A stretch of DNA of 64,000 nt from Minisyncoccota bacterium (GCA_028690055.1 JAQVBZ010000004.1:1855-65854); one strand, 5' to 3'; positions 29,562 to 39,439 are shown, counted from the stretch's first letter. The notes: generated by a model not told the origin, from the letters alone. Numbers and translations are program-made.

Positions 29562-29933
29562 TTATTCTTTTTTATATACCAGATTTATTATCTGGTAATT
29601 ATCTGGTATTTCTTCGAGATTTAAGGTTACTTTTTCACCTTCTTCCCCTCCCTCTTCTTCTCCTGCGTCGTTTATGATTTCTATTGCGTCCTGTAGGGTG
29701 GGCAGTAAAGCAGGCAGATATTTATGCTTTAACTTAATCTCCAAAGACCCTGTGGTTAAAAGGTTGTCCTTTTGCTCTGTTGCTTGTAAATGCGCATCGC
29801 TAATCATCTTTACGACTATGTCGTCTATATCATCCCGGCTTAATAGGAGCGCCGAAGGCATGATGTTTCTGAGTCTTTTTGGTAAGTTCGTCATCATAGT
29901 AACCTTTTCATTCATTACAATAAGGAATAGCAT
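29562..29933 (-). CDS. Hypothetical protein (orphan, antisense insert between rseP and proS; start may be 29897)
   Basis: 123-aa ORF with an acidic linker; hairpin plus T tract downstream at about 29505-29538. Confidence 0.6.
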   Translation of the reverse strand: MLFLIVMNEKVTMMTNLPKRLRNIMPSALLLSRDDIDDIVVKMISDAHLQATEQKDNLLTTGSLEIKLKHKYLPALLPTLQDAIEIINDAGEEEGGEEGEKVTLNLEEIPDNYQIINLVYKKE

Positions 29934-29966
29934 CTAATTAATAAATCGTCAATACTAACAACCCAT

Positions 29967-31214
29967 ATGAAACAATCTAAACTGTTCGGAAAAACCACTT
30001 ATGAGGTGCCCAAGGACGAGGTGAGCAAGAACGCTCAGCTTCTCATCCGGGGCGGCTTTGTTGATAAATTAATGGCGGGCGTGTATTATTACTTGCCGTT
30101 GGGGCGGTGTGTTCTATCCAAGATCGAGAATATTATCCGTGAGGAGATGAACGCTGTCGGTGGGCAAGAAATCTTGATGAGCGCCCTGCAGAAGAAGGAA
30201 GACTGGGTCAAGACCGGGCGCTGGGATGTCGACGTTATGATGAAAATCGAGAGCAATCTCGACAAGGAATTCGGTCTAGGCTGGTCGCACGAAGAAGCCG
30301 TAACGCCGCTGGCGCAAAAATATGTGAAGTCGTATAAAGATTTTCCGTTTTCACTCTATCAGATTCAGACCAAGTTTCGCAGTGAGAAACGCGCCAAGTC
30401 GGGGATACTCCGCGGGCGGGAATTCTTGATGAAAGATATGTATTCTTTTCATACCAGCGTGGAGGACTTGGATAAGTTTTATCTGGAAGCCAAGGAAGCA
30501 TATTTCAAAGTATTCGAACGCGCCGGGCTACGGGACAAGACCTATTACACTTACGCTTCCGGTGGAGATTTCTGCAAATACTCGCATGAATATCAGACCC
30601 TGACCGAGGCGGGTGAAGATCATATTCACATCTGTGATAAATGCGGCATCGCTATCAATGAAGAGGTGATGGGCGACCTGGAGAGAAAATGTCCGGAGTG
30701 CGGTAGCAGCGAGCTACGCGAAGAAAAAGCTATTGAGACCGGGAATATCTTCAAACTGATGAACCGTTACACTGACCCCTTCAATTTCAAATTCCAGGAT
30801 AGCGACGGGCAGGAGAAGAATGTGATGATGGGTTGTTATGGCATCGGACTCAGTCGGCTGATGGGAACGGTAGCGGAAGTGCTCTCCGACGAGAAGGGAA
30901 TCGTCTGGCCCAAAGAGCTCGCGCCGTATCAGGTGCATCTGGTATCTTTGGGAAATGGCGATGAGGTGAAAACCAAAGCGGAGGAGATCTATAAATCTCT
31001 GCAGGAGCAAAAAATAGAGGTATTATTCGACGACCGTGAAGAGTCGGCAGGGGTCAAGCTCAAAGACTCCGACCTGATCGGTATCCCACTGCGTATCGTG
31101 GTGAGCGCCAAGACCTTGGACAAGAATGCGGTGGAAATCAAGAAGCGAAGCGAGGAAAATTTCGAGATTGTCGAAACGGATAAATTGCAGGAATATTTAG
31201 CTGAAAATTTGTAA
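29967..31214 (+). CDS. proS: Proline--tRNA ligase, short form without INS editing domain
   Basis: QIQTKFRSEKR..SGILRGREFLMKDMYSF, MGCYGIG, DDR anticodon domain. Confidence 0.95.
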   Translation: MKQSKLFGKTTYEVPKDEVSKNAQLLIRGGFVDKLMAGVYYYLPLGRCVLSKIENIIREEMNAVGGQEILMSALQKKEDWVKTGRWDVDVMMKIESNLDKEFGLGWSHEEAVTPLAQKYVKSYKDFPFSLYQIQTKFRSEKRAKSGILRGREFLMKDMYSFHTSVEDLDKFYLEAKEAYFKVFERAGLRDKTYYTYASGGDFCKYSHEYQTLTEAGEDHIHICDKCGIAINEEVMGDLERKCPECGSSELREEKAIETGNIFKLMNRYTDPFNFKFQDSDGQEKNVMMGCYGIGLSRLMGTVAEVLSDEKGIVWPKELAPYQVHLVSLGNGDEVKTKAEEIYKSLQEQKIEVLFDDREESAGVKLKDSDLIGIPLRIVVSAKTLDKNAVEIKKRSEENFEIVETDKLQEYLAENL

Positions 31215-31242
31215 TCATGCTGGCTTTATTGTCATAAACGCA

Positions 31243-31270
31243 GGACCGAATCTTTGGATTCGGTCTTTTT
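31243..31270 (+). terminator. Intrinsic terminator after proS
   Basis: GACCGAATC-TTTG-GATTCGGTC plus TTTTT. Confidence 0.8.
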
Positions 31271-31432
31271 GGAATATATGCCACGTACCCAGATCTTTTG
31301 GAGTACACGCCGGAGCGTGGTCTCCGGACCCGGTCTTTAGGGTTTGAAATATCTTCATTTAAACCATCCGTCATGGCGTTTCCTAAGTGTCGTAAAATAG
31401 ATTTAACTCTATTTATCATTCTTCTGCAAGGC

Positions 31433-31575
31433 TGTCATCCCGGAATTTGTGAAATAAATATCCGGGATCCCGTTACCAAGCCAATAATACGTCGTTATAC
31501 AACCGAACCATAATATTCGCTTTGCATAGTCTCGGGATGCCGGATATTTCGCAGTAACGAAATTCCGGAATGACA
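31433..31575. repeat. GTCA-tagged REPIN
   Basis: TGTCATCCCGGAATTT..ATATCCGGGATCCCG...CGGGATGCCGGATAT..AAATTCCGGAATGACA. Confidence 0.85.
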
Positions 31576-31714
31576 AATGTAAAAATGGTTCTTATCTTTT
31601 TGCGCTCCGAAATAACAAAATAATAGTTTTAGCGCAGGTAATGTTATTCACAGAATTGAGATAGGAAAGTTCCGATATTCACATTCTCAAACCCCGCCCG
31701 ATAAGCGGGATTTT

Positions 31715-31742
31715 TTGCCAGTTTCTCTATTTATGTTATACT
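31715..31742 (+). promoter_or_regulatory. mre operon promoter
   Basis: TTGCCA-16-TATACT with TG extension. Confidence 0.65.
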
Positions 31743-31781
31743 TGTATCTGAGAGATTTTTACTTGTAATAATCCTGATTTT

Positions 31782-32834
31782 ATGTTCAATAAACTATTCG
31801 GTTACTTGAGTCATGATGTTGGAATCGACCTCGGAACCGCCAATACTCTTGTTTACGTCAAGGGGAAAGGCATTGTTATCAATGAACCTTCCGTGGTGGC
31901 GGTCAATAAGAAAACCGGTAAGATTTTGGCTATCGGCAAGGAGGCCAAGAAGATGGTGGGAAAGACTCCAGGGCATATCGTTGCTACTCGTCCTTTGGTG
32001 GATGGGGTGGTTTCTGATTTTGAAGTTACCGAGCAGATGCTTAAATATTTCATTGATAAAGTCCATCAGCAGTCTTTCGCGCTTTTCCCGCGGCCGCGTG
32101 TCGTGGTGGGTGTGCCGTCGGGTGTCACGGAAGTGGAAAAGAAAGCGGTTATCGATGCGACAATCAGTGCCGGTGCGCGCGAGGCTTATCTTATCGAAGA
32201 GCCGATGGCGACTGCAATCGGGGTAAGACTGCCGGTACAGGAAGCAGCGGGGAATATGATTGTCGATATCGGAGGCGGGACCACTGAGGTTGCTGTCATT
32301 TCTTTGGGTGGTATCGTTGCCAGTCGGAGCTTGCGTACTGCCGGCGATGAGCTTACCGAGAACATTATCCAGTTCGCCCGTGATGAATTCAATTTACTGC
32401 TCGGAGAAAAGACTGCTGAGGATATCAAGATCACTATCGGTTCGGCTTATCCTTTGGAGGAAAAATTGGAAATGGCTATGCGCGGACGTGATCTCGTAAC
32501 CGGGCTGCCGAAAGAAGTGATGATCAACGATGAGCAGGCGAGACGCGCACTCAGCCGATCTGTGAAAATCCTTGTGGAAAATATCAAAGCTACTATCGAA
32601 GAAACTCCGCCTGAGCTGGTGTCTGATATCATGAGCAAAGGTATCGTACTGGTCGGAGGAGGAGGAATGCTCAAGGGGCTGGATAAATTGGTCAGCGAGC
32701 AGACCAAAATGCCTGTGAAAGTAGCTGATGACCCTCTGACAGCGGTGGCGCGCGGGGCGGGAATCGTTTTGGAACATATCGACGAACTGAGCGAAGTTTT
32801 GGTTTCAATGAAGAACGAGAAGTCTCCTTTTTAA
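31782..32834 (+). CDS. mreB: Rod shape-determining protein MreB (operonic copy)
   Basis: GIDLGTANT, IEEPMA, DIGGGTTE; upstream of mreC. Confidence 0.97.
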   Translation: MFNKLFGYLSHDVGIDLGTANTLVYVKGKGIVINEPSVVAVNKKTGKILAIGKEAKKMVGKTPGHIVATRPLVDGVVSDFEVTEQMLKYFIDKVHQQSFALFPRPRVVVGVPSGVTEVEKKAVIDATISAGAREAYLIEEPMATAIGVRLPVQEAAGNMIVDIGGGTTEVAVISLGGIVASRSLRTAGDELTENIIQFARDEFNLLLGEKTAEDIKITIGSAYPLEEKLEMAMRGRDLVTGLPKEVMINDEQARRALSRSVKILVENIKATIEETPPELVSDIMSKGIVLVGGGGMLKGLDKLVSEQTKMPVKVADDPLTAVARGAGIVLEHIDELSEVLVSMKNEKSPF

Positions 32835-32852
32835 TAGTTTATTCGTGCTTTA

Positions 32853-33135
32853 GAGACGGCGGTATTGCCCCGCCTTCGTAAAAGGTCAAGGAATTTTTTT
32901 ATTCCCCCTCGACTTGCTTCACTACGTCATAGCCTTTGGCGTGCTAAGGAGAAATTCCCTCTCGCCGTCGCTCCGCTATGGTGTGGCGAAGCCCGATGGG
33001 AGAGGAGACGAGGTAAGCCCGTCGTAAATTTTTAATCTCTCACCGGTATGATTCCTCGCTTTTTGGGGCGAAAAATAAAATAAATTTCCACCGGATATCT
33101 CGTCCGCTTGCGGCGGTGTAATTCATTGCCGTATC
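32853..33135. repeat. Decayed composite repeat between mreB and mreC
   Basis: Weak TIR GAGACGGC / GCCGTATC; CCCCCTC..CCCTCTC..CCCGATGGGAGAGG split by two inserts. Confidence 0.5.
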
Positions 33136-33174
33136 AGCGTGCTGTGCGGTAATCCATTAAATCAAAAATACCGT

Positions 33175-33993
33175 ATGCAAAAAACTGTGATCGGTTCCAA
33201 AAAATTGTTCCTCGTATTTCTGGCCCTGGGGGTGCTGCTGCTTTTGAGTAGCTGGGGAGTCTTGCAGGGACCTAAGAACGCGGTCATTTCCGTGCTCTCT
33301 CCGACTCAGTCCGGCTTCGTATCCTCGTCGAATATTTTTGGAGATTTTTTTTATACGATGCAGAAAATCGGCGAGTTCAAAGATGAGAACAAAAAATTGC
33401 AAGAAGAGAATAATTCGCTCACTTATGAGCTCTCGCAGATGCAAGAAGTGCAGCGGGAGAACGGCGCCTTGAGGGAGGAACTGAAGTTCAAAGAAAATCT
33501 TTGTACCGGCACTGAATGTATAGATTTCAAGATGGGAAAAATCATCGCACAGAGTTCTGACGGTTATGGGCAATCTATCACGATCAATCTGGGATCGGAA
33601 GACGGCGCATGGATGAATCAGGCAGTCACGTCCTCAGGCGGCGTAATGATCGGAAAAATAGTGGAAGTTCTCAGTGATTATTCCAAAGTGGCGCTGATCG
33701 TATCTCCGGAGAGTTCGGTCAATTGTCTGGCGCAGACCACGCGTGCCAACGGGTTGGTTAAAGGCGCATACGGGATGGGGGCCAAATTGGAAATGATAGA
33801 TCAGAGCGAGGAGCTGGTTTCCGGGGACATCGTAATCACCTCCGGGCGGGAAGAGGGGATCCCGAAAGGTTTGCTCTTGGGAAAAATCCAGAATATCGAA
33901 GCATCTCCGAATATGGTCTTCAAGACCGCCGAGCTGGAATTATTTGCCGACTTCGGGCATATCGAAGAAATATTCTTAGTGGAATCGAAATGA
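33175..33993 (+). CDS. mreC: Rod shape-determining protein MreC
   Basis: TM, coiled coil, INLGS.DG, VITSG..GIPKGLLLG. Confidence 0.92.
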   Translation: MQKTVIGSKKLFLVFLALGVLLLLSSWGVLQGPKNAVISVLSPTQSGFVSSSNIFGDFFYTMQKIGEFKDENKKLQEENNSLTYELSQMQEVQRENGALREELKFKENLCTGTECIDFKMGKIIAQSSDGYGQSITINLGSEDGAWMNQAVTSSGGVMIGKIVEVLSDYSKVALIVSPESSVNCLAQTTRANGLVKGAYGMGAKLEMIDQSEELVSGDIVITSGREEGIPKGLLLGKIQNIEASPNMVFKTAELELFADFGHIEEIFLVESK

Positions 33994-34484
33994 ACGACCG
34001 GATAAATTATTACATTTTCTTACCTTTGATTTTTTTCGCTTTCTTGTTGGAGACGGCTTTTTTGCCTTCTTTGATATGGGGAGATATCCAGCCGGAGCTG
34101 GTACTGATAGCCCTGATTGCTTCTGTCTTTCTGTCTACGTCATCCGATTTTTTGTACACGGCTTTTCTGCTCGGGATAATTTTTGATTTTTATTTCGGCG
34201 CCAGCTTCGGAGTCTTCACGGTGAGCATGGTCCTGACGTCCGTGTTCGCATCTCTATCAAAGGACAGATTCATGAAAGAGGAGAGTTTCGGCAAGATTAT
34301 CGGGCTGAGTGTTTCAGTAATGCTTTTTTATAATTTGCTTTATCTGTGTCTGCTGGCCTTTGCCTTTGGTGCAGAGGCGTCTTTCGACTCGGCGTTCATC
34401 TGGAAGAAAATATTTTTCGATTCGCTGTATGCTATTATCCTTATTTTTCCCGTGATGCGTCTTATCTCTAACAAAAAACAATGA
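33990..34484 (+). CDS. mreD: Rod shape-determining protein MreD
   Basis: Polytopic membrane protein, QPELVL, GIIFD; ATGA overlaps on both sides. Confidence 0.8.
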   Translation: MNDRINYYIFLPLIFFAFLLETAFLPSLIWGDIQPELVLIALIASVFLSTSSDFLYTAFLLGIIFDFYFGASFGVFTVSMVLTSVFASLSKDRFMKEESFGKIIGLSVSVMLFYNLLYLCLLAFAFGAEASFDSAFIWKKIFFDSLYAIILIFPVMRLISNKKQ

Positions 34485-36403
34485 GAGGATATTCTATAAA
34501 ACAAAAGAGAGAGGAAGTGGATTTTGAGGAGATCCTGCTGGATGAGAAGCACAAGGATAGCGGTAAGATCGACAACTATTTCGACTCCAGAAAGATCAGG
34601 AACTTGGGATTGCTTTTTTGCGTAATCATCATCGGACTTTTCGGGCAGCTTTTTTATTTGCAATTTGTTCAAGGGGACCATTATTCCGCGATTTCCGACA
34701 AGAACTATATCCGTACTACCAAAGTGCGGTCTGCCCGCGGTATCATCTATGACCGCAATATGACGCAGATCGTTTTTAATGTTCCCGTTTTTGATCTGGT
34801 CATTGTGCCTGCCGATTTTTTCAAGGATCGGGACGGTGTCGAGGACAAGAAGAAAGCGCTTGCTGCGGCGATGGGAATTTCCGATGTGGATTTTGCGCAA
34901 AAGATCCAAGGTACGGCTCCGACGTCCTATGAGTCATTCATCGTTTTGGAGAAAATAGAAAAAGAAAAAGCGCTTGTGATCGACGAGAAGATAAAAGGTA
35001 TGGCGGGGGTAAAATTGGAGAATAGTGCCATTCGCAAATATAACGACGGGCAATTCTTTTCTTCGGTCATCGGTTACAGCGGGAGAATCAACAGAGAAGA
35101 GTTGGATGCGAACCAAGATTATCTACCGACTGATATTATCGGTAAAGATGGGCTGGAATATTTTTATGAACAAGATCTGCGTGGCACGTATGGGACTATG
35201 GAAGTCGAAGTGGACTCACTAGGCAGAGTGAACCGTACGATGCAGAAAGCTGACCCGGTGGCGGGGGACAATCTGGTGCTCAATATCGACGCGGAACTAC
35301 AGAAACGCCTGTACAAAGACGTGGAGGAGATGGCCATCAAGAACGAGGGGAGTACGGGAGGATCGGTGGTCGCCATCAATCCGCAAACCGGAGCCGTGCT
35401 GGCGCTGGTCACTTATCCTTCTTATGATAACAATGCTTTTGAGGGCGGCATCAGCAAGGACGAATATAATAGGCTTATAAACGATGAGAATAAACCTCTT
35501 TTTAATCGTCCCATAGCCGCCGAGTATCCGCCGGGTTCGACTTTCAAGCCGATGATGGCCGCGGCGGCGCTGCAGGAAAATATCATTTCACCGACCCGGC
35601 AGATTTATGCTGGCGGCTCCATCAGTGTCGGTGCTTGGGTTTTTAATGACTGGAAAGTCCATGGTCAAGTAGATATGATAAAAGCTATTGCTCAGTCTTG
35701 CAATGTATATTTCTATACTGTCGGTGGAGGCTACGGTGATATCGAAGGGTTGGGCAATGAGCGTATCAAGAAATATGCCAATCTCTTCGGTATGGGGCAA
35801 TTGACCGGTATTGATCTTTCGGGAGAAAAGGCCGGACTTATTCCCGACGAGGCCTGGAAGAGGGAAGTGAAAGATGAGCCGTGGTATATAGGTGATACTT
35901 ATCATATGTCGATCGGACAGGGGGATGTTTTGACTACGCCGCTACAGATTGCGAATTACACCGCGGCCGTTGCCAACGGTGGTACTCTCTATAGGCCGCA
36001 GGTAGTGGACAAAATTGTGGATTCTGATGGAAATGTGGTGCGCGATATCGACAAGGAAATCTTGGCGGAGAATTTTATAGATCCGAAAAATATGGAATGG
36101 GTACAGAAGGGGATGTTGGAAAACGTACTTACCGGTTCGGGGCGCGCCCTTTCGATGCTTCCCGTACAGGCGGCTGGCAAGACCGGAACGGCGCAATATG
36201 CCGTAGGCAATAGCAAGATGCACGCTTGGTATACGGTCTACGCGCCTTATGATAATCCTGAAATAGTGATGGCGATCATGCTCGAAGGTGGAGGCCAAGG
36301 CCACGACGCTTCCGTACCGATCGCGAAAGATATCTTGCAGTGGTATTTCGGGGAAAGGATCACGGGGGTGAGTCCAGAGGCGCCAGCTGCGAAAACGCCA
36401 TAG
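34481..36403 (+). CDS. mrdA: Penicillin-binding protein 2
   Basis: RGIIYDRN, STFK, SCN, KTG motifs. Confidence 0.95.
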   Translation: MRGYSIKQKREEVDFEEILLDEKHKDSGKIDNYFDSRKIRNLGLLFCVIIIGLFGQLFYLQFVQGDHYSAISDKNYIRTTKVRSARGIIYDRNMTQIVFNVPVFDLVIVPADFFKDRDGVEDKKKALAAAMGISDVDFAQKIQGTAPTSYESFIVLEKIEKEKALVIDEKIKGMAGVKLENSAIRKYNDGQFFSSVIGYSGRINREELDANQDYLPTDIIGKDGLEYFYEQDLRGTYGTMEVEVDSLGRVNRTMQKADPVAGDNLVLNIDAELQKRLYKDVEEMAIKNEGSTGGSVVAINPQTGAVLALVTYPSYDNNAFEGGISKDEYNRLINDENKPLFNRPIAAEYPPGSTFKPMMAAAALQENIISPTRQIYAGGSISVGAWVFNDWKVHGQVDMIKAIAQSCNVYFYTVGGGYGDIEGLGNERIKKYANLFGMGQLTGIDLSGEKAGLIPDEAWKREVKDEPWYIGDTYHMSIGQGDVLTTPLQIANYTAAVANGGTLYRPQVVDKIVDSDGNVVRDIDKEILAENFIDPKNMEWVQKGMLENVLTGSGRALSMLPVQAAGKTGTAQYAVGNSKMHAWYTVYAPYDNPEIVMAIMLEGGGQGHDASVPIAKDILQWYFGERITGVSPEAPAAKTP

Positions 36404-36410
36404 GATTATC

Positions 36411-36542
36411 TGTCATTCCAAAATGAGCGAAGCGATTGAGGAATCTGGGAAAGATGCGATGCAACTGGAATATTTATTTTAAAGATAATAATATTGCAGT
36501 ATCGTGCATTTCCCAGATTTCTCACATTCGTTCGAAATGACA
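36411..36542. repeat. GTCA-tagged REPIN (CTGGGAAA-core family)
   Basis: TGTCATTCC..GGAATCTGGGAAA...TTTCCCAGATT..GAAATGACA; related in reverse to 39440-39582. Confidence 0.85.
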
Positions 36543-36557
36543 ACTAAAAATAATTCT

Positions 36558-37256
36558 ATGACTACAGAACAGTTTGAAATTTTGATTACTTTTTTCGGTG
36601 CTTTTTTCGGTGCTTTTTTTGCATTTATTTTCATGCTAAAAATTGAGCAGGGGCATCGAAATGAAGAGATCAAAAATGCACTTTTCGAAATTAGCGTCAG
36701 GAGTAGTGTTGATAATGAAATAGCTATTGATAAAAATATCTCGATCATAGGTTCTTTGCAAAAAGGAATTTCTGAAAACTCTTCTTTTTATTATCCCTTT
36801 GGTGGATTTTGTTTATTTCAAAAAAACAGTTCTGCGGTTTTAAATAAGCTGGGAGGTATTGACCTAATGTTTAAAATTATTGATTTTGATTATAAAACTC
36901 AAAAGATTAATCAGGAGATGAATGATATAGGCAAGCCTTTTTTGGGTAAAAATTTGATTAAAGAAAAAGATTCAAATAGTTTTTTTAACGGTGAAACTTA
37001 TTTTGATTCAGATAGCTACGCAAATGATTTATTAGAAAAAAAACATGCGTTGGAAATGCTAGAGGAAGATAATATTAAGATTCTAGTAAGGACTAATACT
37101 TTGTTAAAAAAGAAAAATAAAGGGGTGTTTTTCAGATTGTTTCAAAATGATAAGGTTACTGATAACGATATAGAAAATGAACAGATAGAAATAGAGCAAT
37201 TTAAAGAAGTTTATAAAAAGAGAAGAGAACCAAAAATAAATACTACAAATCTATGA
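36558..37256 (+). CDS. Hypothetical AT-rich protein with N-terminal TM helix
   Basis: FFGAFFGAFFAF anchor, long ORF, ATGA overlap with the next gene. Confidence 0.7.
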   Translation: MTTEQFEILITFFGAFFGAFFAFIFMLKIEQGHRNEEIKNALFEISVRSSVDNEIAIDKNISIIGSLQKGISENSSFYYPFGGFCLFQKNSSAVLNKLGGIDLMFKIIDFDYKTQKINQEMNDIGKPFLGKNLIKEKDSNSFFNGETYFDSDSYANDLLEKKHALEMLEEDNIKILVRTNTLLKKKNKGVFFRLFQNDKVTDNDIENEQIEIEQFKEVYKKRREPKINTTNL

Positions 37257-37636
37257 CCCACGAAGAAATTTGCGAAAGAATATTTGAGCACGCTTGTCGT
37301 TGTCTCAAGATGAAGGGCTTTACATTCAAGCCCAAGGTTGTCCGTGCGGGGGACGGGTATGTCAAAGTATATAAGCTGGGATATACTGATCTCGCTTCCA
37401 AATTGGTGGTGATTGATATCTATACGCAGAAGCTCAAGAAGCCGAAAAAATATAGTGGCATCCTCGCGGTGATGGCTCATGAATTAGCTCATCATCAGAA
37501 GAAGCCTTATCGCCAGCTTGACCTGAGGCGGAGGAAATGGATAAACCGCATCCATTATCCGGAATTTTATAAACAATGCAACAAGAATATCGAGAAGTTT
37601 AAGAAAGATAAGGTTTTGAAACAGTTCTATGAATAA
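37253..37636 (+). CDS. Small zincin-like (SprT/WLM-like) metalloprotease
   Basis: MAHELAHH (HExxH) and downstream HYPEFY. Confidence 0.7.
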   Translation: MTHEEICERIFEHACRCLKMKGFTFKPKVVRAGDGYVKVYKLGYTDLASKLVVIDIYTQKLKKPKKYSGILAVMAHELAHHQKKPYRQLDLRRRKWINRIHYPEFYKQCNKNIEKFKKDKVLKQFYE

Positions 37637-37646
37637 AATATATCGT

Positions 37647-37752
37647 GGAGTAGCTGGTTTTAACCCGCGCCGTTGTCCTATGCTGTTTGAACCTCCGCAG
37701 TCGCACGTTCTGTTTGCATAGGATAGCAGCGCAGGTTAAAACCTGCTACTCC
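37647..37752. repeat. GGAGTAG-type REP doublet
   Basis: GGAGTAGCTGGTTTTAACCCGCGC...GCGCAGGTTAAAACCTGCTACTCC; spacer resembles that of 45689-45794. Confidence 0.85.
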
Positions 37753-37774
37753 GCACGTATAATCTTTTAAATCT

Positions 37775-38878
37775 ATGAATAAAAATAATCCTAAAAAAGT
37801 CTTCGTCGGTATCAGTGGCGGGGTTGATTCTGCCGCTTCGGCGACACTGCTTCAGCAGCAGGGTTTTGAGGTGACAGGAATATATATGCGGATTTGGAAA
37901 GAAAAAGGTTCGCCGCTGGAAGCGAAAGGGGAAGAGGAAAATGCCAGGCGTGTTGCCAAAGAATTGGAGATAGGATTCGTAACCGTTGACTTACGCAAAG
38001 AATTCAAGAAAGAAATTGTGGATTATTTTCTTTCGCAGTACGAGAGCGGTCGCACTCCCAATCCTTGTGTGCGGTGCAATCGTGAAATCAAGTTCGGGCT
38101 TCTCTTCAAGAAATCGATGGAAATGGGTGCGGACTTTTTCGCGACTGGACATTACGTCCGGATCAGGCAAAACATTTCGCAAGGGAAAAATGGGAGGAAA
38201 ATTAAAAAATATAAACTTTCCAAAGCGAAAGACATACAAAAAGACCAGTCATATTTTCTCTATAATCTGAATCAAAAAATATTGAGCAAGACCATTTTCC
38301 CCTTGGGAAGCCTTACCAAACCGGAGGTCAGAGAAATCGCTAAAGAGAATAGCCTATTCGTGCACGACAAGTCCGATAGTCAGGAAGTATGTTTTATCAC
38401 CGACAAATATTACGGCGAATTTTTGAAGAGGATGAAAGTGAAGATGAAAGCGGGGGATATCGTAGACGAAGAGGGTAATGTTTTGGGCGAACATCGCGGG
38501 CTGCCGCTTTACACGATCGGGCAGAGGCGAGACATCCGTATCGGCGGCACCGGACCGTATTTCGTGGTCGGACTCGATTACAGAAATAACCATCTGGTCG
38601 TGAGTCGCGACGGCAACAGTAAAAAATTATTTGTTAAAAAGTTCACTCTCCGTGATGTGAATTGGGTAGGCAAGCAGCCAGAGACTTATCCTCTTAAAGT
38701 AAAAATCAAAACCCGTTATCGTATGGAAGCGGTCGACTCGCAAGTCTCTAAAGAAAAAAATAAGATCATCGTCACGTTATCAAAAAAAAGCCGTGCTGTT
38801 ATGCCTGGCCAGTCGGCAGTATTCTATTTGCGCAGTGATGTTCTGGGTGGCGGGGTTATCGATAGGATTTTGGAATGA
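37775..38878 (+). CDS. mnmA: tRNA 2-thiouridylase
   Basis: SGGVDS, TPNPCVRCN, ATGHY, KDQSYFL, YTIGQR, PGQ. Confidence 0.97.
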   Translation: MNKNNPKKVFVGISGGVDSAASATLLQQQGFEVTGIYMRIWKEKGSPLEAKGEEENARRVAKELEIGFVTVDLRKEFKKEIVDYFLSQYESGRTPNPCVRCNREIKFGLLFKKSMEMGADFFATGHYVRIRQNISQGKNGRKIKKYKLSKAKDIQKDQSYFLYNLNQKILSKTIFPLGSLTKPEVREIAKENSLFVHDKSDSQEVCFITDKYYGEFLKRMKVKMKAGDIVDEEGNVLGEHRGLPLYTIGQRRDIRIGGTGPYFVVGLDYRNNHLVVSRDGNSKKLFVKKFTLRDVNWVGKQPETYPLKVKIKTRYRMEAVDSQVSKEKNKIIVTLSKKSRAVMPGQSAVFYLRSDVLGGGVIDRILE

Positions 38879-39013
38879 TACTAGATCGACTAAATCCGTT
38901 CCACAATCCAGCCATATAGTATTCGGAATTTCTCCCTCTCCCATCGGGAGAGGGTCGGGGTGAGGGGGAATAAAAGTACAATCATTATGTCACAGATTAA
39001 TTTAATTTTGTAT
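38878..39013 (-). mobile_element. 136-bp MITE-like element, copy 3 (reverse)
   Basis: Reverse complement is colinear with 12402-12537; abuts the mnmA TGA. Confidence 0.85.
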
Positions 39014-39043
39014 AAGTTTATCTCTAATTTTTAACTAAAAAAA

Positions 39044-39391
39044 ATGGAAAACTCACAGAAAACAACGAAAATTTTAGTCGGAATAGTTATTCTTATTGTC
39101 CTTGTATTTATGGGAATAAAAATGTCGGACTTTCAAAAAAATGCGGAAGAGAAAACGTCGGCACCGGCATCCGAAGAAAACAATGCTTTGTTGGAAGAGA
39201 ACGAAGAGGCGACTTCATCCGAGAATAACGACATTCAGTCGAGTGAGCCTGAAATCAATGAATCTACACCTGAGGAAAGAGCGAACCGGACCGTTTCGCC
39301 GTCAGATGCCGCCTCTTATTCTGAAAACGATTTGCCGGTAGATCCTAATTCTACGATGGATCCGGGAACAGATGCAATTGTTAATGACTAG
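39044..39391 (+). CDS. Hypothetical protein, N-terminal TM and acidic low-complexity tail
   Basis: ILVGIVILIVLVF anchor; E/S/N/P-rich. Confidence 0.7.
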   Translation: MENSQKTTKILVGIVILIVLVFMGIKMSDFQKNAEEKTSAPASEENNALLEENEEATSSENNDIQSSEPEINESTPEERANRTVSPSDAASYSENDLPVDPNSTMDPGTDAIVND

Positions 39392-39439
39392 GGTAGGTTT
39401 ATCGCATTGGTTCTGAGATAATATACATGGACCTTTTGA

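Noticed and set aside
31281-31343. GC-rich hairpins after proS, at 16488-16519 and at 50152-50171 as tRNA or known ncRNA
   Set aside because: No cloverleaf, T-loop or recognisable family motif; single occurrences.
37775-38878. Genetic code 25 (TGA as Gly)
   Set aside because: TGA ends mnmA, mreC and mreD at expected positions and conserved genes have no internal TGA.
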